From NCBI GenBank assembly GCA_003649205.1, contig QMRC01000002.1:32001-96000 (forward strand): a stretch of DNA of 64,000 bases, read 5' to 3'. Below, in pieces: positions 37,946-49,418 of the stretch. Each line of letters opens with the position of its first letter. The first letter of the stretch is position 1. This DNA is from Thermoprotei archaeon (GTDB lineage: Archaea > Thermoproteota > Thermoprotei > Thermoproteales > B15-G16). The notes under the pieces were generated by a model that was given only the letters and a program-made list of their open reading frames with translations, ran no database searches and had not been told where the DNA came from. The position numbers and the translations under genes were made by a program.

Positions 37946-38869
37946 TTAAGCTGTCTGTTCCCGTGTATTACCTCTTCTCTTCCTCTCCCTCCTCTCCTGG
38001 TAAATTAACTCAATTAATCTCCCAATGACTCCAATTACGAGGCAGTAGTAAGCGTATGTTGCTAGTTCATTAGCTCTAGCCTCCTCCCCTATCGCTAGGT
38101 ACACTGCTGCACTTATGAGAAGTACCATGAATGCTACTATGAATAGCCCTGGTATACCTATGCTCTGTAGGTACCTACTAACCTGTTTCAAGTGCGACCT
38201 TACTCCACCTCTAGACTTTCTAAGGACTGCTATTACTGCTCTCGGTGCTGTAGCTGCTGATGAAATTGCTAGTAGTACTATTGTCATTGGCGTAACCAGT
38301 GTTGGCACTGTGTAATCTGTAGTTACACTCTGTGAAGCAACTCCCGTTACCAATGTCCCTACACTCGGTACTGAGTACCCATAGTACCTCACCCAGAAAT
38401 CAACAGGTATCACGAGTACCGGTGCTTGCGTTACTCTCTTTCCCACTTCTAGATGTATCCTCGATATTGGTAGTAACTCAATACCCTCCACCATGAATGG
38501 TATTGCTAAGTACATCACCACTACTAGCACCGTGACTGTTAATGCTACTGGTACTACCCCCATTACCTCTACATTACAGATCCTAGCTCCCACCAACCTA
38601 AATTGCTTCTTTACAACCTCAGTTACTGAGACTACTGCTAGTGGTATCAGTGATGCATACGTTAGTTGTGCCGAGAAGCCCCATCTCATTGCTGTCCTAA
38701 GACCAACCACTACCAATCTCGAGTACGCTAGAGCAGCTAACACCATGGTTGCTACCACAAGTACTACTAGGTTCCTCAACCACTTATCTCCATCCACACA
38801 ATAGCAATACGGCACTGGTAGCGTTACTACAATTGCTAGCAGTGGAGTCAGTATCATTACCGAATTCAC
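37946..38869 (-). CDS. hypothetical membrane protein
   Basis: Multiple TM helices; C-terminal ANELATYAYYCLVIGV. Confidence 0.6.
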   Translation of the reverse strand: MNSVMILTPLLAIVVTLPVPYCYCVDGDKWLRNLVVLVVATMVLAALAYSRLVVVGLRTAMRWGFSAQLTYASLIPLAVVSVTEVVKKQFRLVGARICNVEVMGVVPVALTVTVLVVVMYLAIPFMVEGIELLPISRIHLEVGKRVTQAPVLVIPVDFWVRYYGYSVPSVGTLVTGVASQSVTTDYTVPTLVTPMTIVLLAISSAATAPRAVIAVLRKSRGGVRSHLKQVSRYLQSIGIPGLFIVAFMVLLISAAVYLAIGEEARANELATYAYYCLVIGVIGRLIELIYQERRERKRRGNTREQTA

Positions 38870-39226
38870 AGCTTTCTCGGTAAACTCGCTGTAACTTATA
38901 GGTTAAGTTATCGTAGTCTCAATACCATGACAGAGCACACAACTATACTCCACATATCGTCCTCAAGGGAGAAACACCAAGGTACATCAGGTGATTACGT
39001 TACTGTCTCGACGCTAGGAGGATAGAGGGGGTAGGTAAGTTGAGTAAGTTCCTATCCAATCTAACACATCCTCACAGTTGAGGATGTGTACGAGCTTTGT
39101 ACTAGCGAAGAAGCTTAACTCGACACTAATTACCGAGAGTAGAGAGCTAGGGGAAAACCTATGAGGACTTAGTGTGGAGGTTAAGTTATTTAGCTCTGTA
39201 GTGGGTGCTGTTTTCTCGGTGATGAC

Positions 39227-40171
39227 ATGTACTCTATTGCTGATGCTGAGTACGAGCTCAGGAGAGTAACTGAGTACTGGAACCACTTCTCCAACCTACC
39301 CCCAGTAGCAATTGGTGAGGTAAGTGGCCTCACTCTCGTATCTGACCTCAAGATCGCAGTTATCACCGGTAGCGAATTCGGTTCTAGATTCATCAGCAAC
39401 CTCTGTAACTACAGCGGTTTCTGCACTAGGTGCCTATCCTGTATCGGTGATAGGTGTAGATACGGTAAATTCGATTTCTCCAAAAATGTAGTGTACGTCC
39501 ACGAAGTTCCACCCAGAACCGAACTACCGAGTGTAATCGATGAACCTGAGAAGTACTTACCAGAGAGATTACCGAGTGTAGACATCGTAGTAGCTACAGG
39601 CCTCCACAGCGATCTATACTTAGCACTACCTGACCTCCTCAGGAAATCAGACGTAAAAGCACTCATAGTATTTAGAGAGGACCCACAAGACGCACCCTAC
39701 GGCGTCATCAAGGACCTAGAGGATACCTGCCGTAGCTACGGTATCGAGTTCGCAACAGCTAAACCAGCTTGCTCACTAATACCCGACCCCAAGATGAGCA
39801 TCATTACGAGATTCGTAAGGGAATTCAGAGTCGGCAGACCACTAATCAAGATAGAGTGCATCGATGGAGTATTCAAGAGAGTTGAAGTCATAGTATCTAC
39901 ACCATGTGGCTGCACCTGGTTCGTCGCTAGAAACCTCCTAGATTACAGATTTCAACCCAACGAGAGAGGTATCTTGGACCTACGTAAGAGAGCATTCATG
40001 CTACACCACACATACCCCTGCAAAGCATCCATGGAATGGGATAGAGAACTCGGTGACTCACTAATGCACATAGCATCCTTCATCTGCGCTGAATCAGTAT
40101 TCCAAGGTCTAGGCATGCACGATGTCGTCAGGAACCTAGTCATTGAGAGACTTAAGAGGAAAATAGTTTAA
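39227..40171 (+). CDS. DUF166-family protein
   Basis: IDEPEKYLP, GLHSDL, KPACSL, STPCGCTWFVA, HHTYPCKAS. Confidence 0.75.
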   Translation: MYSIADAEYELRRVTEYWNHFSNLPPVAIGEVSGLTLVSDLKIAVITGSEFGSRFISNLCNYSGFCTRCLSCIGDRCRYGKFDFSKNVVYVHEVPPRTELPSVIDEPEKYLPERLPSVDIVVATGLHSDLYLALPDLLRKSDVKALIVFREDPQDAPYGVIKDLEDTCRSYGIEFATAKPACSLIPDPKMSIITRFVREFRVGRPLIKIECIDGVFKRVEVIVSTPCGCTWFVARNLLDYRFQPNERGILDLRKRAFMLHHTYPCKASMEWDRELGDSLMHIASFICAESVFQGLGMHDVVRNLVIERLKRKIV

Positions 40172-40212
40172 CCAAGTTACGAACCCAATAACACAGCTAT
40201 CGAGGTACCTAA

Positions 40213-40869
40213 ATGCAGTTTAGTGAATTAAAGCAGAAGATACTTGAACTACTGAGAACAGACATAGAGTTCAGATACGCTGTAGCAGGTCTACTTGGTC
40301 TCGAAGAGATCCTGAGAAAGCTAGATGAACACAGCAGAATACTGAAAGAACATAGTGAAATACTGAGGAAACACAGTGAAATACTTGAGAGACACAGCAA
40401 GATTCTCGAGGAGCACAGTAAAATTCTCAAAGAGCACACTAGATTACTTCATAGATTAGTCAGGGATGTAGCAGACATCAAGAGAACCATTGAGAGAATT
40501 ACGATATCCCTTGAAGAAGAAGCTAGAGAAGTCATAGCACATAGACTCAGAGAGAAACTAGGTATTGAAGTACCACTATCGAGACTAGAACTACCTGAAC
40601 TTGAGATTAACATCTACGGAATTGCTAATGACTACGTAGTGATTGGTGAATGCACAACAAGACTAGGGATCAGAAAAGTAAGGGAATTACTTGAGAAGTA
40701 CAGAGTATTGAGGGAGAGGTACAGAAATTACCTAAGACCAAAGATAGTGCTCACAATATACGCAATGACATGCACTAGAGAAGCAATTAAAGAAGCAGAA
40801 GGTACAGGGATCTGGCTAAATACAGCAACGAAGGAAGAGACTACATTAAGGGTATTGAGTCTAGATTAG
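40213..40869 (+). CDS. heptad-repeat coiled-coil protein with PD-(D/E)XK-like C-terminus (DUF3782-like)
   Basis: LLRTDIEFRYAVAGLLG, EHS heptads, EINIYG...IGECTTR. Confidence 0.7.
   Translation: MQFSELKQKILELLRTDIEFRYAVAGLLGLEEILRKLDEHSRILKEHSEILRKHSEILERHSKILEEHSKILKEHTRLLHRLVRDVADIKRTIERITISLEEEAREVIAHRLREKLGIEVPLSRLELPELEINIYGIANDYVVIGECTTRLGIRKVRELLEKYRVLRERYRNYLRPKIVLTIYAMTCTREAIKEAEGTGIWLNTATKEETTLRVLSLD
40321..40446 (+). repeat. six degenerate 21-bp tandem repeats (heptads)
   Basis: Units such as ctgaaagaacatagtgaaata encoding LxEHSxI. Confidence 0.8.
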
Positions 40870-40873
40870 AGAG

Positions 40874-41104
40874 CTAAAATAGCTTCAGCTCTCTTAGTTG
40901 CTTCGTGGTAGCTCTTTCACCAAGACACTTAACACCAACCTCACATTCAGTAACCTTACCCTCAATAGTCCTGAATATCCTCCTACTAATAGGTCTAATA
41001 CCGAGATTCTCAGGCTTACAATGTTGAATCCATGTGTAGGTACCCTCAGTATCAACAAGTAGCTCTAGCTCGAGAAATCTCGAGAAGTTACAGGGATTGT
41101 ACAC
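40874..41104 (-). pseudogene. truncated retropepsin-like aspartyl protease
   Basis: LLVDTEGTYTWI (normally DTGA), FRTIEG; ends early. Confidence 0.6.
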
Positions 41105-41307
41105 CCTAGTACTGGGAGGATCTCTAGCTTAGATATTAGGGAGACTCATCTTCGACTTCAAAGCCCTCACGGTAGATGCACTAATCTCCGTGGCGAATAT
41201 GCTAGCAAGGTTCGAAGACTTATTTAATTAGGTTAGTTGTTAGTATAAGACCTAACATTACATTGATAGTGTTAATAGCTGTCCAGCGTTGGGTTGGTAC
41301 GTGTAGT

Positions 41308-41979
41308 TTATCTTCTGTTTGCTCTGTCTGTCGTGGTTTGCCTGGTGTATCTCTTTATGAGTGTAACTCCTAGGTACACAAATGGTGTGTCTAGCGCTGC
41401 TATCAGGACTTTGAATAACCACATGCTGACAATAATATTGAGTAGCACCTCAGGTGGTACGGCTCCGTAGAATGCTAGTGTTGTGAATACTGCTGTGTCT
41501 ATTAGTTGACTAACCATGGTTGATGCATTGTTTCTGAGCCATAGCCACCTACCTCGTGTGATCTCTCTCCACTTCCAGAATGCCCATACGTCATGGTGTT
41601 GACTAGCTAGGTACGCTACTATGCTCGCTAGTACGATTCTTAGCTGAGGTGAGAATACTCTTTCGAAGAGTTGTTGCTGTGTGAGTTCTGTGGCTGGTAT
41701 GAAGTAGTCAAGCCCTATGAGTAGTAACGTAGCGATCTCCGCTGCTAGACCTGCCCACACGATGTAGATTGCTCGTTTCTTACCGTAGATCTCGTCTACG
41801 ATGTCTGTTATGGGAAATGTTATTGAGTAGGAGATGGTTCCTGCCGGAACCACGAGTCCTAGGAACTCCACTAGCTTTATCCCTGCTGCGATATTTGCAT
41901 ACACTATCGATGCTCCGAAGATACCTGAGGACAGTACTAGTACGATGAGGTCTCGTTCGCTCAGTGGTACCTCTCTCAA
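41308..41979 (-). CDS. second queuosine/preQ0 precursor transporter (YhhQ/VUT family)
   Basis: TDIVDEIYG, RIVLASIVAYLASQ, WLRNNASTMVSQLIDT, LDTPF. Confidence 0.9.
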   Translation of the reverse strand: MREVPLSERDLIVLVLSSGIFGASIVYANIAAGIKLVEFLGLVVPAGTISYSITFPITDIVDEIYGKKRAIYIVWAGLAAEIATLLLIGLDYFIPATELTQQQLFERVFSPQLRIVLASIVAYLASQHHDVWAFWKWREITRGRWLWLRNNASTMVSQLIDTAVFTTLAFYGAVPPEVLLNIIVSMWLFKVLIAALDTPFVYLGVTLIKRYTRQTTTDRANRR

Positions 41980-42420
41980 GGCTGATCACCATGTTGTTCC
42001 AGATCTTGAAAGTACAGGCTTATAAAGTGTTGTACTGTGTGCGCTATGTGGAGTATGACCTTAGTGTCTCCCGTGGCTACGTGGTACGACTATTCTGAGG
42101 ATCTTTGAACGTTTTGCCTCGAGAACTGTTGGAGGATGTACTCAAGCTCTAGAGTGTATAAAAGCGTGTAAACGCGATTTGTTTAGGGACCTCAAATCTA
42201 GGTTTAAGGAGAATTTCGGAATATACTCAGGAAATTGTATAGCTGACTAATAACGTTATAGAACTTAGCAGTTCTACTACACCTTGATTCTAAGCCACCT
42301 TTACTTCATTTGAAAAGTAACAAGTAAGACTTCAAACAATGAAGATTAAACACGTCTATACAATACATGTCCATAATTAGTCAAATAACTCCCAATCTCA
42401 ATAGAATACTTCTCCCTGAC

Positions 42421-43719
42421 CTACCACGTATCTATCTGAGATATGTACACTATCCTGCGTGGAAATAGTGTGTGAAGTACTCGTAAAGCAGCTTTATCAC
42501 AGGACAGAAACTCTACCTCGCTTCTAAGCAAGACATCACTAAAACTATAAACACCGTAGATAAGTCTGGTAATACCGTCCCGAGAGAGGTGCACCTTATT
42601 GCTTGCTGGTACTGTACTGGGTAGAATCTCCACATATCCCTTATCGATATCTATCCTAGCGCATCCATAGGGGGAGCACAGATCTATAGATGTCGACACA
42701 GCTAGACCTACTTCCTCAACCCTCCTCCTGAGCTCCGGCTCTAACTGCTTACATAGCTTGTACTGATCAATGACGTAGTCCATGTACACGCTACCACTAA
42801 ATCTCTCAAACATATCGAGCACATCACTGAGTTCCGGAACATAAGGTACGAAGAGCCTAACAACACGAACATCCTCAGCGATCAACCTCCTCAACACCTC
42901 CCTAAGCACAGACCTCAGATACCTACCATCAATAGCTGCAACCTCAAGAACAACCCCCTCCTCTCTAGGCCAAACTCCTCTCCTCATTCTCGAAGCAACG
43001 AGACCCAGAGCATACCCAACAACCCTACCACCATCCAAAGCCACAACTCTAACACCACTATCCCTCTCATCGTAGAGGAAACTATGGTAGAACGTCTTCT
43101 CCAAAACCCTAGCTCTCCAGTACTCAAGTGGTCTCCAAACCATACCAGAGAACCTACTACTCCAAATATCATACACCCTAGCAACCTCCTCAATCCTCTC
43201 CTCATCCAACTCCTCAAACTCAAGATCAGGACCACCAGACAAAACATCCAAAGCCCTCTCAACCCTGTCTCGAGCACCAACAAACTCATAGAAAGTAAAC
43301 GTATCAGCATAACCAAGGGACCTATACACCCTATAACCAGCACTACCGTACTCCGTCAATAGCGAGGATAGAGCAAGACCAAACTTACGGCACACCTCCA
43401 AAGCCAACTTCATCAATGATGTAGCAATACCCCTCCTACGGTACTCAGGATGAGTAGAGACATTAGCAATCCCCCCAGTATCCACATAAGCAACACCCAC
43501 ACGTAACCTCCTAACAACAAGCTGTACATGACCCACGATCTTACCTCCTTCCTCAGCTACGAGAGCTAAGTCCCTCCTAAAACCATAGTCACTAGACTCA
43601 TACGAAACCCAATCATCAACAGTCAAACCCCACACACCATAGGACCTAAAGCAAGTTCTCAAGAGCCCAACAATACCAACCTCATCCCCAGGTCTATACC
43701 TACGAAACACAACCACCAC
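42421..43719 (-). CDS. Eis-like GNAT acetyltransferase
   Basis: GGIANVSTHPEYRRRGIA, YRSLGY; tandem GNAT plus C-terminal SCP2-like region. Confidence 0.85.
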   Translation of the reverse strand: MVVVFRRYRPGDEVGIVGLLRTCFRSYGVWGLTVDDWVSYESSDYGFRRDLALVAEEGGKIVGHVQLVVRRLRVGVAYVDTGGIANVSTHPEYRRRGIATSLMKLALEVCRKFGLALSSLLTEYGSAGYRVYRSLGYADTFTFYEFVGARDRVERALDVLSGGPDLEFEELDEERIEEVARVYDIWSSRFSGMVWRPLEYWRARVLEKTFYHSFLYDERDSGVRVVALDGGRVVGYALGLVASRMRRGVWPREEGVVLEVAAIDGRYLRSVLREVLRRLIAEDVRVVRLFVPYVPELSDVLDMFERFSGSVYMDYVIDQYKLCKQLEPELRRRVEEVGLAVSTSIDLCSPYGCARIDIDKGYVEILPSTVPASNKVHLSRDGITRLIYGVYSFSDVLLRSEVEFLSCDKAALRVLHTLFPRRIVYISQIDTW

Positions 43720-45027
43720 ACACCACCCTTACAACCCAACGAAAAACAACAGTAATAACTAATAGAGATCAGAGCCTCAAGCACTCACCATTAACCACAA
43801 CCTCGAAACAACACCTTTTCACAGTATCGATTTAATTCACCTAGTCGCAAGAGCTAGTTTCGACCACCTGCTAATGAATTTAGTAAAAGTAAAAGTCCAT
43901 AGTCTTGCTACAGAAGACTAGAACCCGTACTTAGGAGATGAATTCTCAGCTCACGCCACAGTTTGAGGAGAGCATGACCGCAGTTAAGAGATCAGGTTGA
44001 AAGTTTATTACTGAAGTTAATAGAGTTCTAGCGAAGGTCTTTAGATACATTTCCCGGTCTATAGAATTGCTGTTATGATCATCGCTACGGCTATTGATAC
44101 AGGGAGCAGCAGTAGGTCTCGATACAGAATTGGTAAAGTATGTGAGAGACAATACAGAGGTCTTCCAGTTGATGTACACTGCACTGACAGGTGAAGTCAA
44201 GACCCTCAAGACACTAAGTGATAACCCCCAAGCCCAGGAACAACATCCAAAAACACCATGATAGTTATCGGTATCGCCATACCACTCTCAGCTGTAATTC
44301 ATAGCACTACCCCACTTAAAGAGACTTAAAGGGAAGAACCAATTTAGGTCTCTTCAATGATATGGTATTAGGTAAGAACCTATACACTCTCAACATCTCC
44401 AGGGAGATAATACGGTCTAAACTTTTGAATCACCACAAGACACTCATAACCGTGCTCTCTATCACAATAAACGTGGAGAACTCGCTATTAGAACTTCCCA
44501 TAGATTTGCAGGAGTTTACATAGTTGCATACATAACCACTAAACTACTTAGCGTAGCCTCCATGGACGTCACCGTATATCAAATTAACTAACCTCATCAC
44601 GAACTCGCTACACACATCACTCATCCTCATAGGTAATGCATTAACAACACTAAACCCAACTAACATATAATTCACATCGATGAGACATATATCCTAAGCA
44701 CACTCGTAAAGTCACTAATGCCACCTGCTGTGATGAACCTCATCCTTGCGCATACATTCAATCTTAACTACGTACTTGCTTCCACAATCCTAGCACCACC
44801 AACACCGACACCCATAGCCATAGTAGTAACCATGACCATAGCCCTATAAACGGTGGTGTTAGTATCCCTGTAACCACAATGTAGATTCCTATCTCCCATA
44901 GTTGAACTATGGAGTTGATTAATCAAGACCTGGAAAGGTTCTAAAGTAATGTCAAGGTTTAACCAAGTGTCGTAATGCGAACATGTATATTTCAAGGACC
45001 TGTTCCTCAGTATACTGGGGATGAGCA

Positions 45028-45936
45028 GTGATTAGAATCCCAAGAAGTAAAGTCGTGTACAGTTTTAGCCCCAAACATAGTCCAGCCGCTTATGCTAAAC
45101 CAGGTGAAGTAGTTGTCTTTGAAACCATCGATGCACTTGGGGGACAGATCAAAAGTGAAAACACTAGCTTAGAATCTCTAGATTGGACAAAGGTTAATCC
45201 AGCTACAGGCCCTCTATATGTTGAAGGTGCTGAGGCAGGGGATACTCTCGTAGTGGATATCCTCGACATATCTACCGAGGAACAAGCAGTAATACTCGTA
45301 GTACCTGGGTACGGTGCATTACATGACAAGAAGTTTAATCCCAAAGTCAAGCTACTGCAAAGACGTAGAGATTACCTACTGTTCAACAACATAGAGATAC
45401 CGGTAAAACCCATGATAGGTGTAATCGGTGTCGCACCACCTGAAGGAGAGGTACCTACAGGATCCCTTGGTGCTCACGGAGGTAACATGGATGTAGCCCT
45501 CATAACACGAGGAACAAAACTCTACCTACCAGTATTCGTAAAGGGAGCACTCCTAGCAATTGGAGATCTTCATTTAGTACAAGGAGATGGAGAGCTATGT
45601 GTATCAGCAGCTGAAGTGTCCGGAGAAGTAATGGTTAGAGTAGACGTAGTAAAGGGGAAGAGACCGAGATACCCGGTACTGGAGCTAGAAGATAGGTACG
45701 CAATACTTGCCTTCGGAAAAACACTTGACGAAGCAGCCTACCGAGCAACCGAAGAAGCAGTTGAAGCACTTAAAAGAGCACACAACCTAAACTTCGAAGA
45801 AGCGTACATGCTAGCAAGCCTCATAGTGAACCTAAGGATAAATCAAGTCGTAGACCCACTTAAAGGTGTAAGAGCAGAAATACCAAAGAAATACATCGAC
45901 ATAGATAACATACTAGTAGAGACCAAACAAAGCTAG
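45028..45936 (+). CDS. acetamidase/formamidase family protein
   Basis: NPATGPLYVEGAEAGD, HGGNMD, GDLH..QGDGE. Confidence 0.92.
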   Translation: MIRIPRSKVVYSFSPKHSPAAYAKPGEVVVFETIDALGGQIKSENTSLESLDWTKVNPATGPLYVEGAEAGDTLVVDILDISTEEQAVILVVPGYGALHDKKFNPKVKLLQRRRDYLLFNNIEIPVKPMIGVIGVAPPEGEVPTGSLGAHGGNMDVALITRGTKLYLPVFVKGALLAIGDLHLVQGDGELCVSAAEVSGEVMVRVDVVKGKRPRYPVLELEDRYAILAFGKTLDEAAYRATEEAVEALKRAHNLNFEEAYMLASLIVNLRINQVVDPLKGVRAEIPKKYIDIDNILVETKQS

Positions 45937-45994
45937 AACAACACAACAAGAATACAGACGCCTAAGGAAGGAACCATATGGAAATTTCAAGAGT

Positions 45995-46843
45995 TTACTT
46001 TCTCGACCTACTTGACCTACCTCCTCTAAACGTCAAAACTACCCCAAGAACGGTCAAGGCAATCCCTACAATAGCTCCCAAACTAGGTTTCTCATTCAGT
46101 ATGAGCCATCCTAGAGTAGTAGCACCATAAGGCTCAAAGGCCATAGCAGTTGTCACTAACGTCGCAGGGTAACGCCTCATAGCGTAGTTCAGCGCAGTAT
46201 GGCCAATAGCCATAGGTACTAAACCCATGAGTACAAGGTAGACAATACTCTCCGCTCTAGTAGCTAGAGGATTTACACCCAGTACACAGCAGATAACACT
46301 AGTTACGAGGAACGCCACCAAGTAAACACTAACAACATACCCCATCGTATCCCTACTAGATTTACCCACTACACGACCTATCTGGAAATAAATTGACCCA
46401 GCAACCGTAGCCGCAAAGGCAAGGATTACACCCATAGATGTTGCACCACTCCAAGGCTGAGAAAGCACGTAAATACCCAGTAACGTCACCACAACACCAA
46501 GCATCTGCAATCTCGAGAACTTCTCCCTCAAAACAACGTACTCAAAGGGAAGAGTGACCACAGGATACGAGATAACTATTCCACTCGCAGGAGCAATCGC
46601 CATGTAGTTCAAACTCTCAAGCCATAGAGAAAAGTGAATAGCAAGAGCAACTCCAGCAATCACCGTGTACCAATCCAACCTCAGAGACCTCTTAAACACA
46701 GTCACATAGCACAGAAGCACAATCGAACCTACCAACAACCTCCACCAAGCAGCAACATAACCTGAAACAAGCGCCAACCTAGCCAAAACAGCTGCCCATG
46801 ATATCGCAAAGATACCCAACACCAAAGACAACGCATATCTCAA
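45995..46843 (-). CDS. DMT/EamA family transporter
   Basis: About ten TM helices; GHTALNYA, EP, LNE motifs. Confidence 0.88.
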   Translation of the reverse strand: MRYALSLVLGIFAISWAAVLARLALVSGYVAAWWRLLVGSIVLLCYVTVFKRSLRLDWYTVIAGVALAIHFSLWLESLNYMAIAPASGIVISYPVVTLPFEYVVLREKFSRLQMLGVVVTLLGIYVLSQPWSGATSMGVILAFAATVAGSIYFQIGRVVGKSSRDTMGYVVSVYLVAFLVTSVICCVLGVNPLATRAESIVYLVLMGLVPMAIGHTALNYAMRRYPATLVTTAMAFEPYGATTLGWLILNEKPSLGAIVGIALTVLGVVLTFRGGRSSRSRK

Positions 46844-46932
46844 TCAGCTAGCACCTCAAGTACACCAAATAGACCTAGTGGGTTACAAAAGGGTATCACA
46901 ACTACTTACAGCAGAACTGAACCCAGCACCTT

Positions 46933-49152
46933 CTACTCCGAAGCCTTTACAAGGGCCTTTAGTAACCTCCTCACATCATACGGTGAAGGCACGTTGTACT
47001 TCGCCCTAGAAGGAACTATACCAACCCTAATAGTGTACGCATACTCAGGCAACGTAGCAAACATCTCCTCATCAGTCCTATCATCACCAATAGCCAGTAT
47101 GAAGTCCCACTTCCTCTTCTTAAGCCAATTAAGTACAGCTCTACCCTTACTAATGCCCGCACTCCTAATCTCTATAACCCTATTACCCTCAATAACCTCC
47201 AGGTTATACGTAGCTACTAAATTCGTGAGAAACTCCTTAAGTTCCTTAGCCCTAGTCTCACCGAGCTCTACACCAGCTCTCCTGTAGTGCCAAGCAATGG
47301 AAAACTCCTTCTCCTCAATAAACGAACCTGGAGTCCTATCAACATAAAGCTCCAAAATCCTCCTAATCTCCCTCTTCCAATCACTCTTCAAAGGCACAGC
47401 AACTCTCCATGACCCTCCTCTCTCCTTAATCCACGCACCATGCTCAGCTACAAGACTTATGCCTAAATCACCAAACCACTCATCGAGAGTCCTACGATCC
47501 CTACCACTAACTATCACAACCTCATTCCCAGGAGTCTCAGCAAGTCTCCTCAAAATCTCCACAACCTCACCATCGGGTCTCGCGAGATCAGGTCTCTCAA
47601 CAAGAGGAGTAAGAGTACCATCGTAATCCAGCAGAATTAACCTACTCCTACTCCTAACATAGTCACTAACCAACCTCTCCTCCACATCTACAGTCAATAC
47701 CTTAGCCTTTAACCTACTCTGCTCCTCCTTCACCTCATTAAGACTCTCAAGGAAATCATCAGCCCACCTAAAGACGTCGTACCTCTTCACCCTAAGCTGC
47801 ATAAACCACATTCTCTTAGCTCTCTCATCCCTAGGCATCTCCAACGCCATCTTAATAGCTCTAGCCACCTCCTCCCTATTATTAGGATTGACTACAAGAG
47901 CCTCAACAAGTTCCAGAGACGCACCAGCCCCCTCGCTCAATATCAAAACTCCATCACCATCAACCTTAGACGCAACAAACTCCTTAGAAACCAAGTTCAT
48001 ACCATCCCTAAGAGGAGTTATGAGAGCAACCTCTGCAACCCTGTAAAGCGCTAAGAGTTCCTCCACAGGAATGTACCTGTACATGTAGAGTACAGGACTC
48101 CAACCAGGTGTAGCATACTTACCATTGATCTTACCAACAAGCTCATCAATCTGCTTCTTAAGCTCAACATACTCTTCCACACCCATTCTAGAAGGAGAGA
48201 CCACCAGCACAAAGACAACCTTACCCCTATACTCAGGATACTGCTCCAAAAACAACTCATAAGCCTTAAGCCTCTGCACAATACCCTTCGTGTAGTCAAG
48301 TCTATCAATTGAGAAGATGACCCTCAATCCCTTAAAGGTCTCCCTGAGAGCTCTATACCTCTCCTCAACCTCTGGCGTATTGAGAAGCTTGATAAGCTCC
48401 TCGTAGTTTATACCCATCGGAAAAGCATCCACCTTAACCACACGCCCACTCACATAGATCCTACCCAAGACATGGTCAAAACCCAGAAGCCTCCTCACAC
48501 TACTCAAGAAGTGCCTTACATAGTCATAGGTGTGGAACCCCACTAGGTCAGCTCCGAGAATTCCCTGTAGTATCTCCCTTCTCCAGGGTAGTAAGCGGAA
48601 GACCTCCGACGATGGAAACGGTATGTGTAGGAAGTACCCTATAGGGACGTCATCCCCCAACTCCCTACGAAGCAACTCAGGCAACAGCATGAGGTGGTAA
48701 TCGTGAATCCAAATCACATCACCAGGCTTATAGATCTGCAGTACCGCCTCCGCAAAAGCTTTGTTAACACGAACATAAGCATCCCAGTACCCAGGCTCAT
48801 ACCGTACCTTCTCAGAAAAATAGTGGAAGAGAGGCCAAATAATCTTATTACAGAAGCCATAGTAGTAATCCTCTATGTCTTGCCTCGTGAGGAACACCGG
48901 GTACAAATTCTTAGAGGCTAAGACCTCCTCAATCCTCCTCCTATCACTCCAACTAATCTCCTCCAGAGGTATCCCCGGCCAACCAATCCATATACTGGAA
49001 CCCCTACGGTGAACAGCCACAAGACCCGTCGCTAAACCACCTGTACTAGGCTCAACTACAGGTCGTCCATTCTTCCTAACAACCTTCACAGGTAACCTAT
49101 TAGATACAAGTATCAACCTATTCCCAGGCCGCATCCACAAACCCCACCACAC
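46933..49152 (-). CDS. tpsp: bifunctional trehalose-6-phosphate synthase/phosphatase
   Basis: VSNRLP, GGLA, WIHDYHL, DRLDYTKG, DGMNLV; C-terminal LDYDGTL, GDDRTDE. Confidence 0.95.
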   Translation of the reverse strand: MWWGLWMRPGNRLILVSNRLPVKVVRKNGRPVVEPSTGGLATGLVAVHRRGSSIWIGWPGIPLEEISWSDRRRIEEVLASKNLYPVFLTRQDIEDYYYGFCNKIIWPLFHYFSEKVRYEPGYWDAYVRVNKAFAEAVLQIYKPGDVIWIHDYHLMLLPELLRRELGDDVPIGYFLHIPFPSSEVFRLLPWRREILQGILGADLVGFHTYDYVRHFLSSVRRLLGFDHVLGRIYVSGRVVKVDAFPMGINYEELIKLLNTPEVEERYRALRETFKGLRVIFSIDRLDYTKGIVQRLKAYELFLEQYPEYRGKVVFVLVVSPSRMGVEEYVELKKQIDELVGKINGKYATPGWSPVLYMYRYIPVEELLALYRVAEVALITPLRDGMNLVSKEFVASKVDGDGVLILSEGAGASLELVEALVVNPNNREEVARAIKMALEMPRDERAKRMWFMQLRVKRYDVFRWADDFLESLNEVKEEQSRLKAKVLTVDVEERLVSDYVRSRSRLILLDYDGTLTPLVERPDLARPDGEVVEILRRLAETPGNEVVIVSGRDRRTLDEWFGDLGISLVAEHGAWIKERGGSWRVAVPLKSDWKREIRRILELYVDRTPGSFIEEKEFSIAWHYRRAGVELGETRAKELKEFLTNLVATYNLEVIEGNRVIEIRSAGISKGRAVLNWLKKRKWDFILAIGDDRTDEEMFATLPEYAYTIRVGIVPSRAKYNVPSPYDVRRLLKALVKASE

Positions 49153-49418
49153 AGGTAAACACAGTCAGTACCTTACTCTAGCCTCACGAGAAGGCACATA
49201 CCTAAACGAAGTGAAATCCCTAAGCACCTTAACCAAGTACCTGAAGACCCTACAAACACATTCCCCTATTTTAAACTACTCACATATGTAACTAAACACA
49301 TCCACGAACGTAACACCCCACATCAAAACAACAACACACAACACCATACCATAACACCCAGCAATTCACAACATAAAATTAATCACTCAGCACTATCCAA
49401 ACAACTAGTTGTTTCCCC

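Noticed and set aside
39219-39274. GTGATGA...CTGA...CTGA resembling a C/D sRNA
   Set aside because: Overlaps the Shine-Dalgarno (GGTGA) and first codons of the DUF166 gene; box spacing is atypical
44730-44770. GTGATGA C-box-like motif
   Set aside because: No D' or D box at suitable spacing
43750-44995. Short ORFs in a gene-poor stretch
   Set aside because: Fragmented, with no recognisable motif; probably decayed genes that I cannot assign
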